The translations under genes were made by a program, and so were the position numbers. From sequence record MN871447.1: a stretch of DNA of 64,000 nt; one strand, written 5' to 3'. Below, piece by piece: positions 26,163 to 38,300 of the stretch. Positions within the stretch are counted from its first letter, which is position 1. Each line of letters starts with the position of its first letter. The notes under the pieces are model-generated. The model made no database searches. It was not told the DNA's origin and saw only the letters and a program-made list of their open reading frames with translations.

Positions 26163-29100
26163 TTACTGTTCATTATCGTAGGCTTTCAGCATCTCCTGCT
26201 GAATGTTTTCAATAAGAACGTTACCCATCCCAAGGAGTAATGCGGAGTTTACGATACGTGCGTTGATCGCGCGATACGAGAACTGAAGGTCGATGTCCCA
26301 CGGTTCTCCGCCAGGCAGTACAGGGTTACGTGTACGGCAAATACCGTTATACACACCACTTACCACCGACTTCTTCTGGTTACCCACCACCAGTTTATCG
26401 CCGTCCCCCATACCACGCTGATGCGTGATATAAATACGAATCGCCATCATATCAATCTCTAACGGCAAACCGTCGATCCGGCTCGGCGTGAAGACCTGTC
26501 CGGTCGGACTCGTTTCTTGCTTGAGTACCTTGACGTTTTTCGCACGAATCGCGTCGTATTTATCCGCCACCTTACGAACCGAATCCGACATGTCCTCTTT
26601 CTCACCGAAATAGAACACCTCAATCTTCTCAACCGTTCCTACGTGTTTTGCACGAGGGGCTGGGTTACCGAGTCGCGCTAAGGTTTCCATAGAACTGGCA
26701 TCAAAGTAATCAAAGTTCGCTGAGATTTCGTCTTCGATAAACGCGAGGGTGTCGTCGATGTCAACGTGTTGTCCTTCGCTCACCAAATTACGGATTGCCT
26801 GATTAAAGTTCACCATCAGGACACGGGTATGCGTCACCAACGTCGCCATCTTCTTAGAGAGCCGTTCTGAAATCAGACTGGCGTCTTCGAAGGTGTTGTT
26901 GTTTTCCATCAACGCGATGTTTGTGGTGATCCCGTTCTTGAACGCGACCTGACCTGGCTCACGCCAGTCTTTCGCAAAGAACCCCGGATGGTAAGCGATA
27001 ATGGTATCCTTCTTCACGCTCGCACCGACTTCCAGATCACAACGCATCTCATGCGGGACGGTATGACCTGTCACGATACCGAACTTACGTCCAATCTCGA
27101 TACGGTCTTCACCGAGCGCGGGATCATCGTATTTCACGACAACGTAATTCTTTCCTTTCTCTGTTACCACGCCCTGACCTTTTGCGCTGGCAGCGAAAAG
27201 ATCATCATTACGGTGGGCCATCATTAACTCGTAACCCGTGCGGATATAACCGAGGTCATCTCCTACACTGCTTATTTTGTGGCTACTCTGAATACCGATA
27301 AAGTTAACGCGCTTCGGGTCGTCATAAGTCGCAAAGGGTGATACCAATGCGCTAGTAGAAAGGATATTACTAAACCCTTTCTCTTTACTCAGGTCTTTCT
27401 CAGTCCGTGCTGTACCACGTAAACTGGTGAGGTTAGGGTTCGCTGACAGGAAGCAGTTAATCCCAACGTCGCCGTTATCCACCGAGGATTCAGAACGAAT
27501 ACCAATATCACTCGGATGGAACGCACGGGTACGTCTCGTCATGGAACGCTTACCGCGGCCGCCAGTACCGGAATAAGTCAGGTTCTCTTTCTCTTTCAGG
27601 TTTTGGATAGGGTTAGAATCTTCTACCAGAGAAACAGAGGGATCTTTCTGTATCGCGGACAATACCTCGAACGGTGGGAAATCCAAAGACGCCCTTGAAC
27701 TGAGGTTACTGGAAGATTGTCTCCGGACGGCTTCTGAGAAGGTACGGTAGACCGCTCCTGCCATACGCTCGTAACCTTTGAATAACGAGCCCTCTGAACT
27801 CAGGTCACTCGGGTATTCATCGGTCGCCAAGTAAAAGGCGGCTTTCTTCAACAGCGGGATGAACGTGGTGGGTTCGTTCATCATCTCCAGGTTCTCTTCT
27901 GCGATCGGGTCGATAAAGATTGCATTAAGGTTAGTGAACTCGTAGAGATAGCGTCCTGATAACTGCATGTCAGAAAGCAGTGCGTTGTAGTTGTCCCGAT
28001 TGTCCAGTTCTGCAACAGAATAGTTTTTCAGGGCAGCCTTCCACAGAAGCAACGAAGCGTAGATCAAGACATCAGGGTGTGTCTTTCTTGGGATACGCCA
28101 GATCTCATCGGCAAAGACGATCTCGAAGGTATTCGGGTCGGGTTGTACACGCGCCCCTTTCGTTCTCCGTTCCGGCTGAATCTCTAACCCTTCTACCATC
28201 TGACTGAATCCTTCCAGATAAGCCAATACAATGGCTAACGGGAACTCTTGTCCTAAGATAGAGATTGTCACCAATTCATTCGGACGGTCATCTGGGTTAG
28301 CTCCAAGGAGTTTTGCGATATGCCCGAGGTTGTCAGCACCGGCGCGCAGGTAACCCTCTTTATCCATCGTGACCGTAGTTTTCCCGCGTTTTCCTACTGG
28401 GATATCCGTTGTTCCATTCCAATCCGGGAAATTTTTCTTGATGTTCTCGTAGTCGAAAATAAACTGTATGCCCACTGCCTCAAACGAGATGACCTCTTTG
28501 GCGATAGCCGAATAGGTTCTGGGCACCGGTTGGGAATCTTTGAACGAGTTACCGTAAACAATTTCCGTCATGATCGGCGGGTTAGTTAACGCCGCGCGGT
28601 TCATGGCATCTTTAAGCCACTCTCCGTAATCGTAACGACGTTTATCGCTGCGGTCGACAAACAGCTTGCCGTAATACGTGGACAGCGCTACGGTCGATGG
28701 AGAGATCTTACGGATGGGTTTATCAAAACGCAATTTGCGCATGAAGTATTTAATCCCACCGATTTTATATTTCCCATTTTTATCGATGACCGGTAACTGG
28801 AAACGAACCGTAGAAGGCGCGCCTTTAACCGGCGAGATTTTCACCGTGTAATCGTAAAGGTCATTTAACGCATCGACTTGGCGTTCCACTTTAAAGTCGG
28901 TAATGGCAAACCCGGCTTTCTGGAAATTAAGGATTAAATTGATCACGTCCTTTTGCATGACTTCTTTAACGTACTTTTGATCGAAGTCGATCAAGGTACT
29001 TTTTAACATGCTTTTATCTTTGACGTGGGTAATATCCTCGATGACCTTCGGTTCAAAATTCCAGACGACTTCTTTCGGGATCTGTCGGTAGTCTTCCAGC

Positions 29101-30650
29101 GAAACGCTTTCGTTGAACGGGGAAGGAATAACCTTGTAACTTTCGGCCAAACGAAGATGACGCTTGTACTCGGCATTGCTAATCAGCCCTTTACTCAGGA
29201 GCGATTCTGCTTGGGTTCGAATCCCTGAAACCAAAGGCGATTCCTGAACCGCTTCTTGCGGTGGGTCGATAATGACCTCTGCGTCAATGTCAGGGGCAGC
29301 AACCAGACGAACAGCGCGAGGCGGTTCAGTGGTCTCAATCTCCTCAGTGACGCTCTTAAAGGCATCAACTAACTGCGTACGAAGACCGGGTTTCCCTTGG
29401 TTAATCTTTTCCCTGAGCGCTTTGACTGTGGTGGTTTTAACGACAGGTTCTTCTGGGTTGTTTTCTTGGGTTTCTGTTTCCGTTGTTTCCACCACAACCG
29501 TTTCTTCCGCGTCACCGGTGATCTCGAGGATTTCACTTTCCCCGGTATTCTCATCCGGGATAGTTTCTTCGATGGTGACCTGTTCCTGCACACCGGTCAG
29601 CAATTTCAGCGCAGTGATGTGTTGTAGCATCAATCGGGAGATCTGTGCGTAAGCATCGCCTTTCGGGTTAGTTTCTGATTTGGTCCATTGGTGAAGCAGG
29701 CCCAGATTCAGAACCGTGAATTTCCCCATTCGCATAAAGACGAAATTAATCTTGCTGTAATGTTCGACCGGGATCATGTTCAACAGCGAGTTTTCCCGTT
29801 TCTCAGCAAGCCACTGCCAGAGGTCTTGAATAAAGAGCGCATCGTCATTCTGGAAATACCCGAGACGAATACGATTCATCTCTTCCAGTGAAACACCGGA
29901 CGCCGCAATGAAACTGTCGTCGCTTTCAAAGCCCAGCGCTGACTCATCAAATGCCTCTCGCGCCACGTCAGCCGGTAACTCACTCGATAACCCTGGCATA
30001 TGGAGATCGAAGACATCTGCGTACGAGAGGGCAACGGGACGTGCTCGGAGCTGATTCTGATACGCATTGAGGATAGGGATACCCGCATCCTCAACTGAAA
30101 TGTTTAACTGCATCTTCGTTGGGAGTTCATCCGGGACATTGACCAGAATAAACTGATGGCGGTCAGAATGTTCAGCGTAGAACTTAGCCTGTCCGTATAA
30201 CGTAGCGAGCAGGTTTTGGAAACGCCAGAATCGGGCCATCGGTAACGGCAGGTAACGCCACTGCATGGGGATGAGCGAGTAGTTGGCGACAATCGCAGCG
30301 TTACGGTCGTCTAATGCTCTGGCGATATCGGTAACCCGACGGAAACCACGGCGCTTTTGCAACCACGTCCGTTTTAGGTTAGCAACATTGAACGCTCCTT
30401 TCCGACGAGGACTGCCGTTAAAGAGTGTCATTTCCGTAATGTTATCGGCGTAGGGACGTAGTCTTTCTTTTTGGATTGCGAAGAACGTCTCGTCAGGACC
30501 TAAGTCAGTGGCATTACTGGGAAGATAATGGACGATGCTATTCTTAGGGAGAATAAAGTTCTCGACATTGAACGCTCTTGGGTTAGCCAGTCGCGTTTTA
30601 TTACGTGTCCCGTAGGACATGTAAAATTGCTGGTATTGAATATTACTCAT
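26163..30650 (-). CDS. rpoB: Virion RNA polymerase beta subunit, main part (phiKZ gp178/SPN3US gp241-like)
   Basis: RAFHPSDIG, SSVDNGDVG, DDPKRVNFIGIQSSH, FEDASLISE and GDGDKLVVGNQKKSVV correspond to beta motifs. The beta C-terminus is absent. Confidence 0.9.
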   Translation of the reverse strand: MSNIQYQQFYMSYGTRNKTRLANPRAFNVENFILPKNSIVHYLPSNATDLGPDETFFAIQKERLRPYADNITEMTLFNGSPRRKGAFNVANLKRTWLQKRRGFRRVTDIARALDDRNAAIVANYSLIPMQWRYLPLPMARFWRFQNLLATLYGQAKFYAEHSDRHQFILVNVPDELPTKMQLNISVEDAGIPILNAYQNQLRARPVALSYADVFDLHMPGLSSELPADVAREAFDESALGFESDDSFIAASGVSLEEMNRIRLGYFQNDDALFIQDLWQWLAEKRENSLLNMIPVEHYSKINFVFMRMGKFTVLNLGLLHQWTKSETNPKGDAYAQISRLMLQHITALKLLTGVQEQVTIEETIPDENTGESEILEITGDAEETVVVETTETETQENNPEEPVVKTTTVKALREKINQGKPGLRTQLVDAFKSVTEEIETTEPPRAVRLVAAPDIDAEVIIDPPQEAVQESPLVSGIRTQAESLLSKGLISNAEYKRHLRLAESYKVIPSPFNESVSLEDYRQIPKEVVWNFEPKVIEDITHVKDKSMLKSTLIDFDQKYVKEVMQKDVINLILNFQKAGFAITDFKVERQVDALNDLYDYTVKISPVKGAPSTVRFQLPVIDKNGKYKIGGIKYFMRKLRFDKPIRKISPSTVALSTYYGKLFVDRSDKRRYDYGEWLKDAMNRAALTNPPIMTEIVYGNSFKDSQPVPRTYSAIAKEVISFEAVGIQFIFDYENIKKNFPDWNGTTDIPVGKRGKTTVTMDKEGYLRAGADNLGHIAKLLGANPDDRPNELVTISILGQEFPLAIVLAYLEGFSQMVEGLEIQPERRTKGARVQPDPNTFEIVFADEIWRIPRKTHPDVLIYASLLLWKAALKNYSVAELDNRDNYNALLSDMQLSGRYLYEFTNLNAIFIDPIAEENLEMMNEPTTFIPLLKKAAFYLATDEYPSDLSSEGSLFKGYERMAGAVYRTFSEAVRRQSSSNLSSRASLDFPPFEVLSAIQKDPSVSLVEDSNPIQNLKEKENLTYSGTGGRGKRSMTRRTRAFHPSDIGIRSESSVDNGDVGINCFLSANPNLTSLRGTARTEKDLSKEKGFSNILSTSALVSPFATYDDPKRVNFIGIQSSHKISSVGDDLGYIRTGYELMMAHRNDDLFAASAKGQGVVTEKGKNYVVVKYDDPALGEDRIEIGRKFGIVTGHTVPHEMRCDLEVGASVKKDTIIAYHPGFFAKDWREPGQVAFKNGITTNIALMENNNTFEDASLISERLSKKMATLVTHTRVLMVNFNQAIRNLVSEGQHVDIDDTLAFIEDEISANFDYFDASSMETLARLGNPAPRAKHVGTVEKIEVFYFGEKEDMSDSVRKVADKYDAIRAKNVKVLKQETSPTGQVFTPSRIDGLPLEIDMMAIRIYITHQRGMGDGDKLVVGNQKKSVVSGVYNGICRTRNPVLPGGEPWDIDLQFSYRAINARIVNSALLLGMGNVLIENIQQEMLKAYDNEQ

Positions 30651-30665
30651 TGCAGAGAAACTCCT

Positions 30666-32297
30666 TTAAGCTTCACCAGTAATGTTACGTAAGACTAATT
30701 GTACGTTATCAACATCCGCGCTCTTAGAGAGAGTACCGCGGGAAGAGAGGAACCATTCTTTACGACCTTTTAGCATTTCGTATTCAGCAATAGAATCCGA
30801 GGCATAGATCGCTGTAAAGGTACAACGGTCGCCATCGAAGTCGGCACCCAATGGAGAGAGATAGCTGACGCCTATCCCCATAGAGTTAACGTACTCTACC
30901 GATTTGCTTTGATCAGGGAATTCGAAACAAATGAAATCGTCACCCAGTCTCCGCCAGTCGTGGCCGAGTTCAGCTTTTACGCTAGAAACAATAGTCGGTT
31001 TGCAGTAAATGTTTGCTATGAAAGTCGACCCTTGTCCTGTAACAGGGTAACGAGTCACTACGCCTGCTAACTTACCCCATTCACGATACCCGGACAGGTA
31101 ATAAAGCGAGGTCATGTTAATCGGGCTAACAAACCGCTTATCAAAACCCGCTGGGAGTTCGTTGATATCAGCGAAGAACCGGAACCCTTCTTCACCCCAA
31201 TAGAGCAGTCCTAAGTAATAACCGTCTATTAAAATTGGTTTATTTCTGAAAGCCGGGGTTTTATAGCGGGTGATCTGGGCATCTAAACCGTCACGGGTTG
31301 TCCAACGTTCAACGGCCTCCGGGGAGGGCTGTACGTATTCAGCACGGAGAGTTTTGGGGTTCGTCAAACGGATTTCATCTTCGCTGTTACCCGAGAAAAC
31401 TTCACCTAGCCAACCTGAGCGTAAGAAATAGCGTGTCTTAGGCAGGACCGCTTTGATGGTCTGGTAGAGCCCTAACTGAACGTGGTTGATCCCTGGCGTA
31501 TTCGTTTCACCGATCCGAGTCCCTGTGATCTTCATTGGCGAAATAACGTTTGCTGTACCGTTAATGATTTTACGTGACGCCCATTTCGCAGCCGCAAAAC
31601 CTTTCTTTCCTTTAATCATGTTAAAGATACTTTCGAATATCTCGTTGAACTGTCGTTGTAATTGTAAACGACTGTTATTGATTAAAGGGTCTTCAGAAGG
31701 CTCACGACCCATCTCCAGACTGTTGGAGATTGAGATGATAGAACGATAGAATTTGTTGATTTCGTCTTCACTCGTACGCCCTGAGGTTTCTACCATCAGA
31801 TCACGCAGACCTGCCGGCATGACCAGGACTTTATCAGTCAGCGCTTTGTCTTTATTTTTGTTGATGAGCTTCACGCGGAGATTACGGAGTTCGGAATCGC
31901 CTTCTTCTAATTTCAAATCGGGGAAATGACGTACAAAAAAGGAGAAGCCGGTTTCGCCCTCCATTTCGTTGCTGGGTTCGAAATCGAAGGTTTCTGTGTT
32001 AAAGACGGCATAACGTCGCCCTTCCAGAATATCCAAATAAAGACGTTTTAATGAACCGAGTCGTTTATAAACGAGCGGGTGAAAAACACGGGTATGGAGT
32101 TCGATATAACTGAAACGCCCATCGCGTTCAGGTGAACCTAAGGGACCGAATGTTTCTACTGAGAATAAACCGTCCTTATGGAAATTACGGGTACCGGTTT
32201 CAAAGATCTCGGTCGTACTGGTCGGTCGCATACTCCGTATCAGTTGAGGGGTTAAATCCATGAGGAAGATATTGAATGGGATATCGTTAGTACGCAT
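30666..32297 (-). CDS. rpoC: Virion RNA polymerase beta' subunit with catalytic motif (phiKZ gp180/SPN3US gp240-like)
   Basis: DGLFSVETFG, VLVMPAGLR, KGKKGF and RYP motifs, plus catalytic GADFDGD. Confidence 0.92.
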   Translation of the reverse strand: MRTNDIPFNIFLMDLTPQLIRSMRPTSTTEIFETGTRNFHKDGLFSVETFGPLGSPERDGRFSYIELHTRVFHPLVYKRLGSLKRLYLDILEGRRYAVFNTETFDFEPSNEMEGETGFSFFVRHFPDLKLEEGDSELRNLRVKLINKNKDKALTDKVLVMPAGLRDLMVETSGRTSEDEINKFYRSIISISNSLEMGREPSEDPLINNSRLQLQRQFNEIFESIFNMIKGKKGFAAAKWASRKIINGTANVISPMKITGTRIGETNTPGINHVQLGLYQTIKAVLPKTRYFLRSGWLGEVFSGNSEDEIRLTNPKTLRAEYVQPSPEAVERWTTRDGLDAQITRYKTPAFRNKPILIDGYYLGLLYWGEEGFRFFADINELPAGFDKRFVSPINMTSLYYLSGYREWGKLAGVVTRYPVTGQGSTFIANIYCKPTIVSSVKAELGHDWRRLGDDFICFEFPDQSKSVEYVNSMGIGVSYLSPLGADFDGDRCTFTAIYASDSIAEYEMLKGRKEWFLSSRGTLSKSADVDNVQLVLRNITGEA

Positions 32298-32341
32298 TGT
32301 CTAATCCTGTTAACAGACGATTAACCTTTTAAGGGAACAAA

Positions 32342-35300
32342 ATGGCCAAAAGAGAAAAAATAGATCTGGATCGTTTTGACGATTTTGATCTCGAAGATAA
32401 TTGGGGCATGGACAAAGAACCTCAAAGTGCGAAAGACGGAAGCGGTAAACGCGAGGCTGTAAAAAAGGCAGGAAAGACCGTTCTCCGTGAGATGGGGAAA
32501 ACGACCTTTACCAGTCAGATGGCGAAAACCATCCTGAAAGAGGCCATGCCGCGTTCTTTCACTACAACCTTAGATAACGTTGATAAAGGTTTAATCGACG
32601 TTCGATCGCTTTACGCTGATGTCCGTAAAGATGCCGCCCCGATGCTGCGAGAAATGAAAGCGTTGGGTCGTACCGTCAACCGTCTTGTTCCTACACCGTA
32701 TCAGAAAAAGATCGATGCGTTTCTGACGAGAAACAACGGGACAGATAAATCAGGTTCTCAACTGGCAGCGCTCAATATTGAAGACGCAGCGGTACTCCAG
32801 TCGTTAGCTCAAGTCTTCAATCAAGACGATGACAAACCGAAGCAGATGAGCCCTGAGGAACTGACTGAGAAACTGACCGATCAGCAGTATAAAATAAAAC
32901 TGGGTACGGCCATTGCGAGTATCCAGAATCTCCTGGCGAAGCAGACCGCTTATCAGTTTGGTGCACAGCGTGCATTTCAAAAGAAAAGTATGGAGCTTCA
33001 AATTCGACAGCTGATGGTTTCGCGTGCCCATTTAGACGTGGCACAGAAGTCTGCGGTTGAAACCTCCAACCTGCTCAGAAGCGTTGTCGAAAACACCGCG
33101 TTACCTGACGTAGTAAAACAGCACCGTTCGGAAGAATTCCTTCGAATGGGCCGTGAGAAAATTTTTGGTCGCATCCAACAGTCAATGTACGACTGGACGA
33201 GTAATTATCGTAACCAGTTCAAAGACCGTGCGAAACAAGCCATTAACGACAGAATGCAAAAACTCACTATGGGTTTTTCAATGGCCAACGATTCTCTCGA
33301 ACAGCTCGAGGCGCAACGGGAATTACTGGCGTCAATGGGTGTCACCCCGGAGGAGTTTTTAGCAGGGGCAGCAGGGAACTGGGGTGCGTTACAAATCGGT
33401 AAACGTATCGGAAAACGCATTAATAAAAGTGCGCCTTCGCTACGTCGATTGGACGGTACATTCCAGGGCGTCAACTACCTCTTTAACAACAAAGAACGTT
33501 TAGCGTCAGATTGGGGAAATTCCGGTTACCGTTACGGGAAATGGTATAATCCCATCGAGAACTTTGTTAAAGACACCTTACGTGGCGGTTACCGTGACGA
33601 AGGCGTAGTTCGCGCCGGAGGATTGGGGAACGGAGAAAAAATCTCGACTGTAGACGAGCGTAAACTCAGCTATATGGAAGAGATGTCCGGGTACCTGTCC
33701 CGAATCTTACATAGTATCGACGTCCTCAGGACGGGCGATAATAACACGCAGCGCACGGTTTTCAACCGTCAGAAGGGCATTTTTACCTCCTTTAATGAAT
33801 CGGTGGCGTCGACACGTCAGGCGTTGATTAAAGACACCGATATCAATTCACAGCGTGAGAATATTAATCGTCTTATCGAGAACATCGATAACAACAACCG
33901 GTTATCTCCCGACGCTAAAGGTAAAATTTCTGATCACCTGATGGCAAGGGCAAGAACCTCGAAAGCCTTTAACCCGGCAGCCCTAGCTAATGAGAAAATC
34001 TCAGGGTTATCCCGTGACGACCAACGCCTTTGGCAAGGACTGATGGCGAAACGTTATGGACTGAAACTGAACGAGAAAAGTGAATGGTCGCTTAACCCGT
34101 TCTCTTCTTCAAACGTTAACCTTAATATCGATGCCGGTCAGTATAACTACGCCTCTAACCAAACGCAGGGTATCTTTAATCGTGCCCATGCGTTAGCGCA
34201 AACCGGTAACCTTGAAGAACTGATCTCAGAAGGCGCAGTGGTCTTTAAGAACGGTAACTGGGAAGTTAACCCAGACTATTACGGTTCACGCGTATCTGGT
34301 AAACCTTCACCGGGTAACAACGACTCGACTAACCCTAACGACATGGGTCCACATCGTCCTCGTAACCCACCGCCGGGTACCCCGCCTATCACTGAACTCC
34401 GTCGCTTCGGACAAGATTGGACCAACCCGAATTCGGTTAACTTTAATCTTAACGGGAACCAACAAAATTCTTTTGGTACAGCGTTAGCGGAACAAACCGA
34501 TCGAATCCTTGAGTCCATGAAACACTCTCAGTTGTTCTGGGATGAGCAAACGGCCAGAATAGAGGCACAGCTTACCGCGCTGGAAGGGTGTTGTCTCAAC
34601 GGAGGAGGTGGTGGTGGTCAGGGTGGCCAAAGCGGTGATTCTGGCGATCAAGGCGGACGTCGTCGTTTCTCACGGAACTGGGCTAAACGCGGACTCCGTG
34701 CGGGTATCGGCGGTATTCGTCGTGGTGTGAAAGGGATGTGGGATCTTGGCGGTTTACCGCTTAAAGCAGCAGGAGAGATCTTTAAGCGAGTACGTCGCCC
34801 GGCTTTCAATGCAGCGATGACAATCGGTACCTTTGGCCTGAATAAAGTCTTAGGTTTCGGGATGCAGGCGTTTGAGAAAGTTCAAGACGGCTATATCGCG
34901 ACGGCACAGGGTTTAAAGAAAGTCATTGAAAAAGAAGGACTGGCAGCGGGTCGTTACGTTGACCAAGCCACCGGGAAGGTTATCAAGAAACTTTCCGACG
35001 TACGGGGCGCAGTCTGGGACGTGGTAAATAACACACAGGTCCTGACCGACGACGAAGCGAGACGGGGTTTGTTTAACGCCGCAGGAAACCGCATTAAGTC
35101 ATCCTTTAACAAAGCACTCGGTGCGGTGGGGAGTCTATTAAACGGAAGGTTTACTCCTTATCATTTACTGAAAGGTGCTGCAGGCGGGTTAGGGAAAGGT
35201 CTCTTTTCCTTATTTGGTCGCTTACCAGATATTTACGTGCTCGGAGAAATGAAACCGCGTCTCTACGCCAGTAAGTTGGCGAATGGGGAATATTTCTCGA

Positions 35301-38300
35301 TGCGTACTGGGAAAGTCATCAAGAAACTTTCCGATATTGACGGTGACGTTGGGGTAATTGACCCTCGCACCAGAACCATGACACCTGTACTTTCTGCTGA
35401 AGATGCTGCTAAAGGATTGGTTGATAAGAATGGCCGTAGCGTTCGTACTGGACTGGCTAAACTTACGGGGATGATCGGCAACGGTCTCCGCGGGGTGGGC
35501 GGTTTACTTACAACTCCGTTTAAGATTTTAAATGGACTGAAAAACGGTGCGATTAATTTAGCTTCTAACGGTTTGAATGCAGTAAGTGGTGTTTTAAATA
35601 GGGGTTTGAATACAGGGATAGGATTCTCTGGCGGGTCGACATCGTGGCTAAAACGTATCTATCGACTCTTAGTTAATCAGTTCACTGGGAAAGATCCACT
35701 TGACGGCCTCGATGCCGAAACAGGTAGTGTTTCGGGTATCAAGAATCGCTTAACGGGCGGGTTCGAGAAACTCAAGAATCGTACCGGGAGTTGGTGGCAG
35801 CGTCTTCAGAAAAAGAAACCGGAAGAGACCAAACCTGAACACGCTGAGAAAGCGGCGAAGGAAGGGGGTGGTTGGGGTAAACTGATCTGGGCCGCTATCA
35901 CGGGAGTTGGTGCCATTGTCGGGAAAATTGCAACCGGATTCGGGAATTTCTGGAAATGGATCAAAGAACTTCCTCGCTGGATAAGTGGTGCGAAAGCGTT
36001 AGATGCTGCTGGGGATTTGGCAGGGGATGTAGCAGGCTCAGGAGGTAAGAGAGGCGGTCTGCTACGTAGAACCGGTAACGTACTGAAGAAAGTCGGGAAA
36101 GGGGCGCTAGGGGTTGCGGGCTTCTTAGGAAGAGGGTTATTTAGCGGAGTCGGAATGTTAGCAAGGGGCGCTGCGGTAGCGGCAGGGTCATTACTCTCTG
36201 CGCCTGTTCTGGTCACAGCGGCGGTAGCTGCGGGTGTAGGTTATCTGATTTATAAAGGATACCAAGCCTACAAGAACAGAATGACATCGCTGAGAAACTA
36301 CCGTGCAGCACAGTACGGCGTCAACCCGAAAGACAGTGACCGGGCGGGTAAAGTACTTGCATTAGAAGAAGCGGTTCTGAAAAACAGTCAGATCTCAGGG
36401 CAAGGGAAACTCAAGATTGGTTCGTTACCTTTCCAAGAGTTACTGAGTGCCTTTGATGTTGAGATCACTGACCAGCGTAGTGTACAGCGTTGGACACGGT
36501 GGTATCAGATGCGTTTCGTTCCGGTCTTTACCCGTAACGTTGAAACACTTTATCGGATGGACCCTAAAGCTAAAATCACCGAGAGTGAATTCCTGAAACC
36601 GAGTCAACGAGGGGACTTCGCTAAAGCCACCTTCATTGCATCCGGTGGAAAAGAATCTCCTTATCTGGTCTCTGACTCGCCATTCCCTAATATGTCTTCA
36701 GTAACAGGTGATCGGTTTGTTGCCGGTTTCCGTGACCAGGTCATCGCAGAGTTTGCGGAAGCAGAGAAAAAGGCGATCGCCTCGGGCGAGAAGAAACTGG
36801 TCACTACTTCAGACGTGAAGCAACCGAAGGGAATCGAGTTACTGAACAAAAAGGCACAGGAAGCACAAGCCAATAATGCTAACCGGACAGTAAATCCAAC
36901 AACCGATCTCTACTATTCACCGGGCGATACCCGGAAAGGGCTAACTTCCCTGACCGGCGATAAGCGCAAGGATGAATTGATTGAGATGGGGAACCGCATT
37001 GATGACCTGACCTCGATACGTGTTAAACTTTACGGTTTACGCGAGCTGTTGAAAGGGGACGTTAACGCCTTACTCGCATTAGAGACTGAGGCGTTGAAAT
37101 TCATTCGATACGGTGATAAAGGAGTAGCCCTCTGGACAGGGAACAGCGAACAGTTCTTCGCTAACTGGAACGGTCAATTCGGTATTAACAGTAATAACGC
37201 CAATGAAAAGGCACAGTGGCTATTCTGGTTCACGAAACGTTTCCTACCTGTCTTCTTGAACTTCTGTTCTGAAAGCAATTTCATCGCGCCTAATAGTTCG
37301 CCGATGGTCGCATGGAAGAAACTGAACGCGAGCGATCTCCTGAAGATTGCAAACTTCATGAACAGCGCGACGACCGAGGTCAATGGCGGGAAAGTCTCAG
37401 TCTGGACCATTAAAGCATCACCGTGGCCTAACCGCTTCTCAAACACGGACAGTAGTGTTATTCAGTCTAACCTGGATGCATTACGTCTCGAAGGGAAAAA
37501 GGAAGTTTACCAAGAGAAAGTGAAGACAGAAGCGGAAATCGCCAAGATGACCTTTGATGGTAAAGCGCTTCGTAACTCGTCACTGGGTAACAAGATTGCT
37601 GACCTTTATAGCGATAACCGTGCGTTAACCGCCGATACGCGAGGACGCGCTACTGGCGCTAACGGTGTCGGTGTTTACGGTCAACGTGTGGGTTCAATGG
37701 GAACCTCCTTTGAACGTTCGGAAGCGGGTAGCAGTTTCACGGATACCAACTTACTGCATTCCGGTGAAGGTACCGGCGGGTCGATTAATGATATCCCTGA
37801 TCCGAAAGGAGACGGTTGGGATAACGTGAAAGATTCGATTGCAGCAGTGGCTAAGATGGTCGGCGTTGATGCCGGTTCATTGGCGGCAATGGTGGCGCAG
37901 GAATCTCGCTTTGAGCTTCGGGCGAAGAACGGGAACTCCTCAGCAGCAGGACTCGGTCAGTTCCTTGATGGAACCTGGAAAGAGATTCTCCCTACTCTTG
38001 TTAAGAAATACGGTGTGAACCCGAATACGTCTCAGTATGACCCACGTGCGTCGTTATTGGCCACGGCGGAATACATGAAACAGAACGCGAAGATCATCGG
38101 TGACATTGGTAGACCATTGACGACCACTGATATCTATATGGCGCACTTCTTAGGGCCAGGGGGTGCAAGGAACGTACTGCGTGTACCGACCAACACACCG
38201 ATTCAATCGGCGATGGGCGATAACTATTATAAAGTTGCGAGAGCGAACCCTGAGATCTTTAAGAACGTCAGGACGACGGGTGACCTTGTAGCGAGTCTTG

